A stretch of 64,000 nt of DNA from NCBI GenBank assembly GCA_023334545.1, contig JAADVB010000020.1, positions 62,460 to 126,459 on the forward strand, given 5' to 3'. The notes beneath the pieces were generated by a model. The model was not told the origin of the DNA and ran no database searches. It saw only the letters and a program-made list of their open reading frames with translations. A program made the position numbers and the translations under genes. Positions within the stretch are counted from its first letter, which is position 1. Each line of letters begins with the position of its first letter. Below are positions 31,608 to 42,617 of the stretch, one piece after another. The stretch is from Salisapilia sapeloensis CBS 127946. Its lineage: Eukaryota; Protista; Oomycota.

Positions 31608-31871
31608 TTAAGCGTGCGACTTGATCGGCTCGTACTCTTGGCGTCTTTGCGCGATCTTCCACGCCACCGCAGCAAGCACAACGACGGTGTCAACGGCGAT
31701 GAAGCCCGCGAGGAGGTAAAGCCACAAGAACGGAATTGTCGTCGATTCTTCCTCATTGTCTTCCGCAGGAGAAGCAGTCTCATCCGCTTGTTCAGGAACA
31801 GCTTCTTGGCCCATCACCATCGCGATGAAAAGCATACTGAATAAAGCGAAACGTAGCATCATTTTCTCCAT
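31608..31871 (-). CDS. 87-aa type I membrane microprotein (signal peptide, acidic ectodomain, one TM, YEPI tail)
   Basis: MEKMMLRFALFSMLFIAMVMG|QEAVPEQADETASPAEDNEEE, TM IPFLWLYLLAGFIAVDTVVVLAAVAW, tail KIAQRRQEYEPIKSHA. Codon usage is gene-like. Confidence 0.7.
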   Translation of the reverse strand: MEKMMLRFALFSMLFIAMVMGQEAVPEQADETASPAEDNEEESTTIPFLWLYLLAGFIAVDTVVVLAAVAWKIAQRRQEYEPIKSHA

Positions 31872-31947
31872 GTCTACTCGGATCTAATCTTCAAATGATT
31901 CCGATCAGGTACGGATCGAAAAATCTCAACTTCAAAAATCGGGATCA

Positions 31948-33582
31948 ATGCTCCAACGATTGCTACAGACCGAGGCACTTGAGGATCGGCATCGACAGCT
32001 CTTTCAGTATCGTGGGCTGACTACTTTACATCATGTAGTCCAGCGAACGAATTGGGAAGTTGCTCAAGCTGTCGATCTATCAGTGCCTGAACTCGAGGTA
32101 CTGGAGTAGCTTTCGTGCGGATGGACGTTTTGTTAATACCGAAATGATAGCATTTGCTAGAGAAGCTTTCGATCCGATGCTCGCCCAAACCACAAAATGT
32201 TCATTTGCCTAGTTTATCCCTTTGTAGGCCATCCGAGACCAATTGCATTTATATCATAGGCATTAGAACTCTATCTTGAGCGAGCGAATAACCCGACGTT
32301 TCTCCGTACTGGTCTCTCTGACCTAGACAAAGCTCTGTTTGGTGGAATCCAATGCGGACTATTGACAGAGGTCCCTGATAGCTCTGCCACTAGACGGCAT
32401 GATCTAACGTCACTTTATAGATCGTTGGCGTCTCAGCTATGGGCAAAACGCAATGGGCACTAACACTCGTCGTGCTATGTGCACTCGAATATCCCCAGAA
32501 GACCATCCTGTATGTTGACACTGGCCATAACTTCCACGCACAAAGGTATTCAATGCTCTTTAGCCACTTTAACATGACGTCTCATGCAGTTCAAAGACTG
32601 TACCAGATTGCATTGAGTCGAATCCGCCAGCGTAATGGTGACGACTCGATCGAATCGGAACGAAAGGCGAGAGAGCTATGCAAACGTGTTCACGTCGTCC
32701 ACATCACATCACTTCCACAGCTCCTTCGATTGTACATTCTGCTCTCCTATCATGCTGCTTTATAGCTTAATCACAGGAATAGATTGAAATCGCTAGAGGA
32801 GACGGTAAGGAAACTCGAGACGCAAGCAGTCGTCATTGACTCCTTTGCAAGTCTCTTCATGAAGGTAGAAGCAATCAACACCACGTATATACAAGTACTT
32901 ATGGTCGCTCTTATAGTCGGATCAGACGCTCCAGCAGAGAGACCAACTACTCCAGCGCGTTGGACACGATCTAAAGTACTACTTTCCATCCAAATAAAAA
33001 CACTCGGCTAAGTCGTCTTTAGGTCCATCGCAGACACGTACAAAAACTTTATAATCGTCACGAACCTAGCATCGACCGTCGATGATGAACGTACAAATGC
33101 CTATGCTTCCATCCTTACCTGGAGCTAAACGAAGTGTAGGAGGAATCTACACTCGACCATCACTTGGTGACGTCTGGACGAAGTGCATTAACACTCGAGT
33201 ATCTCTCTTTCCACTCTTTATTCACACACATCTCACCTCCAAGTAGATCATTCTAGAGCGATACGTCTCCCATCGAGTCCTCACTATCGCCACTACCTTT
33301 GCCCCCATCACACAACCGTTCACTATCGAGGTAACCATCTATCTCCCACGTCCTAACTCCCACTCACACCTACTCAAGGATAGTGGCATCATCCCCATGG
33401 ACCATACAGAAAACCCGAGTAGTCAATTCAGTATCCCCGACGAACTCCTCGAAAACCATCTCCTAGCACTCGACGGCCTTCCATCCGTCGACCCAGGCTG
33501 CACGCTTCGTTCAACGCAACAGAGCTCAACGCCTGCTTCCCCACTTTTTGACCTCGTAGCCGAGTCGGAGGAAGACGAGTAA
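31948..33582 (+). CDS. RAD51 paralogue (RAD51B/D/XRCC3-like), many short exons; boundaries approximate
   Basis: LRTGLSDLDKALFGGIQCGLLTE|IVGVSAMGKTQW (Walker A), ILYVDTG, AVVIDSFASLF (Walker B) and PSLGDVWTKCINTRV. Confidence 0.8.
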
Positions 33583-33654
33583 GATGAACAAAATAAAGTC
33601 ACCGGGAAAGATGTTTCTCATGTTTAACCGCCGTGTCTACTAAAGACATTCAAC

Positions 33655-34147
33655 TTAAGCCTTGAGGGAGTACCGGCGCTTGGGGAAGTTGGCCTCCTTC
33701 TTCTGCTGGCGGAGCGTCTTGATCGAACGCTCGTGGGCAGTGAGCTGACGACGCATGGCACGCGTCTTCTTGCGGCGCAAGTCCAACGGGACGTGCTTCT
33801 TGCTGCCGTAAAGCTCACGGAGCTCGGCCTTGTGGTTCTGGTTGTACACCGTCAAGACACGAGCGATCTGCTTGCGCACGATGCTGATCTTGGCAAGCTT
33901 GGAGGCAGCGCCACCAATCACCTTGGCCACGCGGAGCTACATAGACTTATTAATATACTACATAGACAAGTTTGCAAGGCTAGGCTCGTACCTGAGCAAG
34001 CTCCTGCTGGTAGTCATCGAGGATGCGAAGGAGTTCTTCCTTGTCCTTGGAACGGAGCTCGTGGGCTTTCATGTGCTGGGCTGCATATGTACGTTAGAAT
34101 ACCGTCATTTGGATGAGAAGGGGATGCAATACAAAGGACATACACAT
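33655..34147 (-). CDS. RPL35: 60S ribosomal protein L35 (uL29); 3 exons
   Basis: M-S|[29 protein letters not shown]|[30 protein letters not shown]…[14 protein letters not shown]. Confidence 0.96.
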
Positions 34148-34226
34148 CGTTCTTGTCTACTAGCGGCTTCCTTCCCGACGTTTGATTGCTATGTAGAGCT
34201 GTTGGCTGGGACTGATTCGAGTTGAA

Positions 34227-34300
34227 CGACCTTCGGGCGACCTCCCGAGAGTGTTGGAGATGGCAAAGCCAATCAATTCCAAGCGACCTTCGAGCGACCT
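34227..34300. promoter_or_regulatory. Duplicated 17-mer CGACCTTCG(G/A)GCGACCT flanking a CCAAT box upstream of RPL35
   Basis: Copies at 34227-34243 and 34284-34300 differ by one base. GCCAATC lies at about 34268-34274. Confidence 0.5.
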
Positions 34301-34447
34301 TAGAACCGATAATAGCTCTACGTAGGGTTTCCATGTCGGATACAGGTGGAGCATTAGGTTGGATGTTGATGCAGCATAAGACACGAGAGTGGTGCATAAG
34401 TTTGTATTAAAGTAGTTTAGTTCGAATGGAAGGTTGGAATATGAATG

Positions 34448-35411
34448 CTAAGCAACGGCAGTGACTGTGGCATCACTTGTCTGGAGGATGTCCAAGCCAG
34501 AGTTGTCGAAAGCTACTGCTGGACACTCGATGGACATTTTATTCGTGGTAGACTCTGTTTCAACTGGGACGATGATACTGGGAGCGATCATACTCACAAG
34601 AAGTTCGCCTTGTTTTAGTGGATTCACTGCTTCCAATGCTTCTCCACTGACGCTGTTGATCGCTTCCAACGTCACAGTATTAAAGTTCTGGAAACCGTTG
34701 CGAGCAGCTTGGATGCGTGGGTGGTACAGTATATACAATGCAACTTGTATAATACCGAGTGATAGGTTCACTGTCCCCGGCACTACCAGCATCAAGTCAT
34801 CTACCAAGAGTCCATAGATTGCCCACAAAGCGTTATTTACGGTGCCGACCATGCACATTAGAATAGGAATGGACTCGGACGACTTTGATTTGAGGACTTC
34901 CGACATTTGCGCGAATGGGGATGCGTACATGATCAAACTGGATGCAATGGACACGTATCCAAGCGTGGAGCCAACGAATTCGACGGTTGTACCAAGTAAA
35001 AGCGACTTGCCGAGTACTCCAAAGGCCGTAGCAAGAAGAACACACATGAGAGCAGCTGAACAATAGTACTTTGCTGTTCTCTTCTCCGTCGTATACCGAT
35101 AGTAGATCACCAGGAAGAAAATACTAAATACGTTTCCAACAGCATTGGTCGTAAAGAGAGGGAAATATGCATCAGTTACGTATCCATACGTCATCCTGCA
35201 GCACTCCCATTAGACTACATTCGGTACTTTATCAGACACAATGAGCTTACCACATATGACTGCAAACCCATAACGAAGCAAGTGGAGCAATGGAAGCTTG
35301 TCCAACTTGCTTGTGTTTGTGGATTTTGTACACTGCTGTGGTAGGACTCAAGCTCATGTAGGTGGATGAGATTGCGACGATCACGCGTAGTATGTCCGTA
35401 AAGAGCTCCAT
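34448..35411 (-). CDS. SWEET: SWEET (MtN3/saliva) sugar transporter; 2 exons
   Basis: MELFTDILRVIVAISSTYMSLSP…W|MTYGY…NAVG, and a second MtN3 repeat MYASPF…KSKSSESIP…WAIYGLLVDD. Confidence 0.92.
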
Positions 35412-36047
35412 CCTAGATTCGCGTATAAGGGTAGCTTGAATGACGCGATGACAGGCGATGCAGCACACACGGGTCTTCTCAGCCGGTACGTCCGACTGCT
35501 GTGGGTCGTTTATAAATGGAAACTTGATCAGAAAGACCAACCGTCAAGGTGCGAGTGGCCAAAGCCTACGTTGCTAAATTTGTCTTCTCGGCATAAGTAC
35601 AGTCAAAGATAAAACTGAACGGCTCGTCAAAGCACCAAAAATAGATATATGTATTCAGCCATCACTAGCTTCTAATGCTTGGAGGTAGCAAGTCTTCAAG
35701 AGACATCTAGTGCCAAAGATCAGATTCATCGCCTACAGCGTATCCGTTCGAGACTTGGCATCACGCTCGATAAGATCAGAAATACCACTAGATGAGCGAT
35801 TCACAAGGATTACACACCACGTATACCACCAAGTCGACCTCGCAACAAGTATCATATACAGTTTTCTTTTAAAATTTCTAAATGAACTGATCGAGGATGC
35901 ATCTAATCGGCCACTGAAGACACTCAAGTTGAGATTTCCGATTGCGTCAACTTCAGTTTCCATAACTTTTATTGGCTGTAATTTCTTTTTACTCTCACGG
36001 ATTGGACAAAATTTCGTTGGACCAGCGAGTTTTATCACGTTTCGAGT

Positions 36048-36060
36048 CCATTCCGACTTT
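36048..36060 (+). promoter_or_regulatory. INR+FPR-like core promoter of IMPDH
   Basis: CCATTCCGACTTT about 40 nt upstream of ATG 36098, with reverse CCAAT (ATTGG) boxes near 35971 and 36001. Confidence 0.45.
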
Positions 36061-36097
36061 TACTAGCAGGTGGCTACAGCTTCGGGAAGTACTTGAA

Positions 36098-37612
36098 ATG
36101 TCGACTGATGAAGATTTACGCGACGGTCACTCGGCCAAAGAGCTCTTTGTGAAAAGCAACAAAGGATCTGGATACACGTACGATGACATGATCCTCCTCC
36201 CAGGTCACATCGACTTTGGTGTCGATGCTGTCAAGCTCGAGACGAAAATCTCGCGTAACATTTCGCTACGTCTGCCTCTTGTCAGTTCGCCCATGGACAC
36301 GGTGACGGAGCACCAGATGGCCATTGGCATGGCTTTGCACGGTGGCATTGGTGTCATCCACTACAACATGACTATCGAGGAACAAGCCAAGGAAGTGGAG
36401 CTCGTCAAGAAATTCAAGAACGGGTTCATCACCAACCCGAAGGTCCTGTCGCCAGAGTCCACGCTCGAAGACGTCGACCGTATTAAGGAAGAGTTTGGCT
36501 TTGCCGGTATCCCCATCACCGAGTCCGGTAAGGTCGGCAGCAAGCTTGTCGGCATCGTTAGCAACCGTGACATTGATTTCATCGAGGACCGTTCGACTAT
36601 GCTCAAGGAAGTCATGTCGACCGACTTGATCACTGCTCCGGAAGGCGTGTCGCTCACGGAAGCCAACAAGATTCTGAAGGAGAGCAAGAAGGGAAAGCTT
36701 CCGATCGTGAACAAGGACGGCTGCTTCGTCTCGCTTATCTCTCGTCGCGATTTAGTTAAGAACCGTGACTTCCCCAACGCCTCTAAGGATGCCAACAAGC
36801 AGCTCTTGGTCGGTGCTGCCATCGGCACGAGGCTTAAGGACCGCGATCGCTGCACTCGTCTCGTCGAAGCTGGTGTCAACCTCATCGTCATTGACTCGTC
36901 CCAAGGCAACTCGGTCTTCCAGATCGACTTGATCAAATGGATCAAGGAAAACCACCCGCAAGTGGACGTCGTCGGCGGCAACGTCGTCACGCGTGCGCAG
37001 TGCAAGGCCCTGATTGACGCTGGTGCTGACGGCCTCAAGGTCGGTATGGGTGTCGGATCGATCTGTACCACACAGGAGGTCTGTGCCGTCGGCCGTGCCC
37101 AAGCGTCTGCCGTCTACAACACGTCTCGTTACGCTCGTCAGTTCGGTGTACCAGTGATTGCGGACGGTGGCATCGGTAGCTCTGGCCACATCATCAAGGC
37201 TCTGTGCGTTGGTGCGTCCATGGTCATGTGCGGATCGCTTCTTGCCGGTACGGAGGAAGCTCCTGGCCAATACTTCTTCCAGGACGGCATGCGTCTGAAG
37301 AAGTACCGTGGCATGGGCTCTTTGGAAGCCATGGACCACGGTTCTTCCAAGCGTTACTTTGCCCACGCCGCTAGCGTCAAGGTCGCACAGGGTGTGAGCG
37401 GCTCGGTCGTGGACAAAGGATCGCTCAAGAAGTACCTTCCGTACTTGCAACAGAGTGTCATGCACGGTCTCCAGGACCTTGGTCGACAGAGCCTCGCCTT
37501 AGTGCACGAAGCATTGGAGAACGAGGAACTTCGCTTTGAAGTCCGTACGCCAGCCGCCCAGCGCGAGGGCAGCGTCCACGGTCTGTACTCGTATGAGAAA
37601 CGTCTGTACTAA
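36098..37612 (+). CDS. IMPDH: Inosine-5'-monophosphate dehydrogenase (eukaryotic type, CBS pair)
   Basis: [20 protein letters not shown], catalytic loop [29 protein letters not shown] and VAQGVSG. The ORF track starts upstream; the ATG is at 36098. Confidence 0.97.
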   Translation: MSTDEDLRDGHSAKELFVKSNKGSGYTYDDMILLPGHIDFGVDAVKLETKISRNISLRLPLVSSPMDTVTEHQMAIGMALHGGIGVIHYNMTIEEQAKEVELVKKFKNGFITNPKVLSPESTLEDVDRIKEEFGFAGIPITESGKVGSKLVGIVSNRDIDFIEDRSTMLKEVMSTDLITAPEGVSLTEANKILKESKKGKLPIVNKDGCFVSLISRRDLVKNRDFPNASKDANKQLLVGAAIGTRLKDRDRCTRLVEAGVNLIVIDSSQGNSVFQIDLIKWIKENHPQVDVVGGNVVTRAQCKALIDAGADGLKVGMGVGSICTTQEVCAVGRAQASAVYNTSRYARQFGVPVIADGGIGSSGHIIKALCVGASMVMCGSLLAGTEEAPGQYFFQDGMRLKKYRGMGSLEAMDHGSSKRYFAHAASVKVAQGVSGSVVDKGSLKKYLPYLQQSVMHGLQDLGRQSLALVHEALENEELRFEVRTPAAQREGSVHGLYSYEKRLY

Positions 37613-37733
37613 GGACATGAAGTAGGAAACATGGCCACACGTCACTCTTAGAATGTTTTTCTTTGTTTTGTAACATGACTTTTTGAACTCTTGCTTTGCT
37701 TCTTGTCTTGCGTGATGCTGCCAAATTCTTGCG

Positions 37734-38741
37734 TTATAAAGCACTTAGTGGAAACTTGTTCTGGAACGGCTCGAAGCGGGAGACAGTCGATACGATGCAG
37801 TTCGAGACAGCATCCGGGTCTTCCAACACGCTCAGATGACCGACGTTCGGAATACGGTCCATGGCGTCGTAGATGTGAGGGAACTTGTTCTTGATCGGAT
37901 CAAAGATCGTCCGTTTCTGGTAGATCGGAGAGTTGGCACCGCCGTAGAAGATGATGGGGCATTGCGGCCGAGCAAAGTCATCGGGTGTCATCATGAGATG
38001 TTTGCTCGAGTAGAAACCACACTCCTGCTCTGGGGTACATGCAAGCACGACGGTTTGATCGTTCGGATCGTCATTCTTTTTCACGACAGCTCCCTTGACG
38101 TATCCTGCCAAGGCTTCTGGATGCCACTTGGAAAAGTACTTGTATGAAGCAAAGTACTTCTGTGCAGCTTCTCTTGATTCCCTGTATTGATGTCAGATAT
38201 GATAAGTATATGATGTACATGTGGATTGTACGCACCATTCACGACGACGTTGCAATGTGACTTGGATGTACATGTCTTTAACGGCATTGGTCTTTTCCTC
38301 CACTTTGTGGTGACTCATAGGCTCGAAAAGGACAAGTCCATCGAACGTGCCGGGATGATTGACTTCAGTTTGCCACAAGGAAGCAGCACCGAGCGAGTGC
38401 CCGATCCCAATAAAGGATCGACGTAGACATCCTTGGTTGTCATCTTCCGCCCACATTTCACAGATCTTGTCGTACAGCTCGACAGGGCCCCACTGAGGAT
38501 AGTTATTCGCTGGGTGCTTGATACGCAGGTGCTTTCCATTCTCATAGTACTTTTCGCTCGGCGTCGAATTGTCACGGCGGTCTCCATGATACGAAAAAGT
38601 GAATGCCATGAACTCGACAGAGGATGCATCGGACAGTTCCGGAGATTCTTGCAGCCTGCGAATAACAGGCTCCCAGACTTCTGCACACAGACCAGCTGCA
38701 TGGCAGAATAGGAACACGACAGACCGCGGCTGAGAGACCAT
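37734..38741 (-). CDS. Alpha/beta hydrolase (Abhydrolase_6-like); 2 exons
   Basis: Nucleophile elbow IGHSLGAA, oxyanion CHAAG, LVLFEP and catalytic His in VGHLSVLEDP. Confidence 0.85.
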
Positions 38742-39240
38742 ACTTCGGAGGTACGAGGGGAAATGATGTGTTCACGCATACCAACAGCTTCAAGTTCATC
38801 TACAACCTGATTGGCCAAACGGTGACATGGCTACATTACGTACTATCTTGCACCTGTGCCACGAAAGGTCGTACGTGTCCTCTCGCCCCAATCCTGTTTT
38901 GCCTGCCCCATGTCCGTTTCATTCGCAATTGATACGGACAACGGTGAAATTTCTCTTGTATGTGGGTGTGCAGCAAGTCTGGCGACAAGGAGGTGACTTG
39001 TAGGAGCAAAGAGACGGGGCCGCTGGCGAGCTGGGCGCTGACGCTAGTTATAGCGCACCTTTGTAGCAGTACAATAGCCTCCTAGAAGGTAGTAGGCGGC
39101 AAATAGTCATCCTGGAAGCATTCAGAACCTTTCTTGTATCTCTGATAAGCCTAGAATCGACGAAGTCGTTCTGTCATAAGCGCTTTTCTATCTCCGGCGC
39201 CATTCGGACAAACCGACTATTACCTGACCGCACACCTACA

Positions 39241-39963
39241 ATGCAAAGCCTCTCTCATCTTTTTGAACTACCAACGGCAGCACGATCGCAGATGCGATTG
39301 AGACAACCCCAACGACTTAAAGAGGGGCACGAGCACACTTTGGACTCGATGGAGCGACTTTCCGGTGCAACCATATTGCTACAGAGGGACGAGTCCTCTT
39401 TGAGTCAGCTACAGGACGATACCGAGTATTCAGATTATTTATGTGCATCTTTAAGCAGCCATCAGATTTGCGAAGACAATGTCGTGTACTACGAAATGGA
39501 AATGCGTCTAAACCAGAGTTCTTGGAAAATATACCGTCGCTATTCCGAGTTCCGAGCCATACGACGTCAGCTTCTGCATCTACTACAAAAGTCTCCGAAG
39601 GATGCACTCCAGTGCTCTATATGCGCGCACATTTTCGACTCCCTGCGCTCAATACCATTTCCTTCTCGAAGTGACACTTGGGTTTGGCCGAAACTCTGTT
39701 TATTTCAAACTTACACATCTAAACGGACATCCAAGCAACGAGCGATCATCCTCAATCGACAAGAGAAGCTTCAGAAATTTGCAAACTTGGCACTTTGTGT
39801 TGTCCGGGAGCTTCGACAACATCAACGCATCCTACAAAGCAGCTCAGACTGCCAAGTTATTCGGTGTCTCATGTCATTGGAAGAATTTTTCGGCATCACC
39901 TACGACAGATACTCGATGTTCCTGCATGAACGAGGGCTGACACCCACCACTCAAGCAGCATGA
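39241..39963 (+). CDS. PX (phox) domain protein
   Basis: VVYYEMEM…WKIYRRYSEFRAIR…FPSR…RQEKLQKF…LEEFFG. Confidence 0.8.
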   Translation: MQSLSHLFELPTAARSQMRLRQPQRLKEGHEHTLDSMERLSGATILLQRDESSLSQLQDDTEYSDYLCASLSSHQICEDNVVYYEMEMRLNQSSWKIYRRYSEFRAIRRQLLHLLQKSPKDALQCSICAHIFDSLRSIPFPSRSDTWVWPKLCLFQTYTSKRTSKQRAIILNRQEKLQKFANLALCVVRELRQHQRILQSSSDCQVIRCLMSLEEFFGITYDRYSMFLHERGLTPTTQAA

Positions 39964-40056
39964 TACCCTAGAAAGTATATCTGTTACCATAGAAACTACA
40001 CTTCAAATAGATGTGTATCCAACCACTGCTTTGTTTCCACCTTTATTCGTTCATGT

Positions 40057-41385
40057 CTAGTTCTTTTCATGCTTTTGGAAATGGTGCTTGAGGGACGGGA
40101 GGTTGGCATACTGTGCCATCAATCGTTCAAAAACTGCTTGTCCATCCGACTGGATGAACACGCGATAGAACCAAGGTACGCCCCGGATCATCAGCCGATT
40201 ATCATGTCGGAATGGGTTCGAAGGCTCTTTCCATTCAGGATACGAGCTCGATGTCTCAACCAGCACCAAGTGCGCATTCGCCGGTGCGTAGGCATAGAAC
40301 CCATACTCCATCGGTAATTCAGATGACCGACAGTAAGGACACCACGGTCGTTCGTTCTGAGGCATTTTACCAGAAACGAAATACATAAAGAGAGGCGGCG
40401 CAGCTGTGCCCATATTCTGATACTCGCTCGTGATTTCCATGTACCCGTCGTATCCGACAACCTTTCGGATCTTCTTTCCTTCGATCTTTTCTGGTTTGAT
40501 CAACGGATCGACCATATCTTCATTGTGGAAAAGGTATCGAAGTAGACGTTCTTGAAGAATGTCTTCTTGGATAAGCATGTTCGTCGTCACTCCTTTTCCT
40601 TCCCACTTTAGAAACGACGGAACGGACTTTAAACGAAGATCCCAATCGGCATGGAAAGGATTTTCAAAATTCCAAAAGTGTTCTGATCCAGTGCGTACAA
40701 TCACCAGACGATTGTACGTCGGAGATTTATCTAATGTGTTCGTGACGATCGAGTTTGCAAAAGCACAGGCTGGATTCCAACTGTCATCTTCGTATTTCTC
40801 ATTGCAGCAAGTGAATAGAAGGAATAAGCGTTCATTCGGACTTGCGTTCGCGTCATACTTTCGAAGGAACTTAAGGAGTTCAGCATGACCATTGATCGTC
40901 TGGTGTCGAGGAGCAAAGTATGACTCAGGTTCAGCTGGAGTCTCTGTTGTGTTTGCAACTGGCTTTCGAGTCGTCTTATTCACTTGTGGAGCAGGAGATG
41001 ATGACACTGGTTGCTCCGTCAAAACTACTGCAGACTCCGTCGCGTTGTAGTCAGAGCTCTCCATGGAGCTGCCGACCTCTGCTGCTGGAAGAGGTGTAGG
41101 ATCAAGTGACATTGGCATCGAAGGCACAATAGTATTAGCCTTTTGGTCTGCTTCCATGCCTCTCAATCGCTGGGCATCCTGCGCTAGCTCTGCATTGGCC
41201 AGAGCGTCTGGATCGGCAGGAGCGCCAGCCCCGACGGCATTCGCACCATTGTCCATGGCACCTGACCACAAATTATATTGGACAAGGAGAAGCATGGACA
41301 ATAGGAACCCAACAGCGACAAAGGTGAGTCTCCACTGCGTCCATAACCCGGAGCTAGGTCGATTCCGAGGACGTCTGCTCCCCAT
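40057..41385 (-). CDS. Type II membrane protein with two TXNDC17/TRP14 (DUF953)-like thioredoxin domains (NPAC and CPYC)
   Basis: N-terminal signal anchor, S/T/P-rich stalk, domain 1 SWNPAC…LRLKSVPSFLKW and domain 2 PWCPYCRSSE…IRGVPW. Confidence 0.8.
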   Translation of the reverse strand: MGSRRPRNRPSSGLWTQWRLTFVAVGFLLSMLLLVQYNLWSGAMDNGANAVGAGAPADPDALANAELAQDAQRLRGMEADQKANTIVPSMPMSLDPTPLPAAEVGSSMESSDYNATESAVVLTEQPVSSSPAPQVNKTTRKPVANTTETPAEPESYFAPRHQTINGHAELLKFLRKYDANASPNERLFLLFTCCNEKYEDDSWNPACAFANSIVTNTLDKSPTYNRLVIVRTGSEHFWNFENPFHADWDLRLKSVPSFLKWEGKGVTTNMLIQEDILQERLLRYLFHNEDMVDPLIKPEKIEGKKIRKVVGYDGYMEITSEYQNMGTAAPPLFMYFVSGKMPQNERPWCPYCRSSELPMEYGFYAYAPANAHLVLVETSSSYPEWKEPSNPFRHDNRLMIRGVPWFYRVFIQSDGQAVFERLMAQYANLPSLKHHFQKHEKN

Positions 41386-41455
41386 TCTGACGAAGTGATT
41401 TCAAAAGTGACACGGATTACGTAATCGAAGATGACAACGAAGCGAGTACATTTTT

Positions 41456-42460
41456 CTAGTTCTGTGGGTATCCAGGTCCGCCGGCAAAATATGCTCGCAT
41501 GAATGCATGATCTGCAAAGTCTGGCAGGAACTCTTCCCACGTAAGTCTACTATCCTTGCTGTCCTTGCTAATTCGTCCGAGCCACGGGACACCTTTGAAT
41601 TGAATGTAATTGTCTTGGAAGGCCGGTTGCTTAAGAGGATGTTTCTTCTTCTTCCACTTTTTGTATGTCGGTGCTACAACACCATGCAAGAGGACGGCGT
41701 TGTCCGGTGCAGAAGTATTGAAAAAGTGGTCGATGGCAATATGTGCCTGGTCACAATAGCGGCACCATAGTCGGCCATTGAATTTGTGATGGCCGGAAAT
41801 GAAAAACATATACAGAGGATAGGAGCCATCGTAGTTGTCCAAGTACGCCATGATTTCCTCTGGTGTATGCAGTTCCACGATCTGATTATTTTTTGCAGGT
41901 GGACCGGATGGATTCGGCACACGGAAGACATAGTCCAGCAGCTCGTCATTCAGCGTGTACTTCTCCGAGAGCATTTCACTGGTATTTCCGCCACCATCGT
42001 AGCGCATCAAGGATGGAATATTGTCAATGTAGAAGAGTTGGTTCTGACGGAAGCTATTCTGCATATTCGCCCACTCTCGTTCTGGACCAATACGGATTTC
42101 AACGATGTGAGAACCATTTGGAGCTCGAGCAAAGCCATCGTAGATCGGCTTTTTCGCACGCTCACAGTCGCGACACCAATATTTATGATTCTCATTGGCG
42201 TCACTCATGAAAAGAATGTACAGAGGACCATTCCTCTTCACATCATACTCCTTCACAAAGTCATAGCCTTCCTGAAAGCCCTGTACTACGACTCTCTCCT
42301 GCATAAGCTGTTGCTGAACTCGAGATTTAAAAGCCGAGTGCTCCACCTCATTCGACTCCATGCTCACTTCAAAGAACTGATACATGTAGACAAGAGAGAA
42401 CAAGATAGTTGCAGCCAATGCAAGTTGCATCACGCGCGTCGAGCTCACACTTCCCTCCAT
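41456..42460 (-). CDS. Paralogous membrane-anchored double TRP14-like thioredoxin (CRDC and CRYC)
   Basis: Probable start MEGSVSS at 42460, signal anchor, then YWCRDCERAKKPI…IDNIPSLMRY and LWCRYCDQA…FKGVPWL. Confidence 0.8.
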   Translation of the reverse strand: MEGSVSSTRVMQLALAATILFSLVYMYQFFEVSMESNEVEHSAFKSRVQQQLMQERVVVQGFQEGYDFVKEYDVKRNGPLYILFMSDANENHKYWCRDCERAKKPIYDGFARAPNGSHIVEIRIGPEREWANMQNSFRQNQLFYIDNIPSLMRYDGGGNTSEMLSEKYTLNDELLDYVFRVPNPSGPPAKNNQIVELHTPEEIMAYLDNYDGSYPLYMFFISGHHKFNGRLWCRYCDQAHIAIDHFFNTSAPDNAVLLHGVVAPTYKKWKKKKHPLKQPAFQDNYIQFKGVPWLGRISKDSKDSRLTWEEFLPDFADHAFMRAYFAGGPGYPQN

Positions 42461-42617
42461 CCTCGTCCGAGCTGCTTGACTATGATGTGCTTTTGGATCG
42501 ACTAAAGCTTTTGATTGGCTGCGTCTGATCTCTATCTGACGTGATTTCCATATAAAATGCCACAACAAGCAAAGAAAAGAATTTGGAAATAAAGAATTGG
42601 TATGCAAGCGTCTGTAT

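Noticed and set aside
35733-36038. 101-aa minus-strand ORF between SWEET and IMPDH
   Set aside because: It lies over the IMPDH promoter (CCAAT, INR/FPR), has no motif and has non-coding-like composition.
36361-37465. Two ~236-aa ORFs antisense to IMPDH
   Set aside because: Same codon-bias shadow effect as for IDH.
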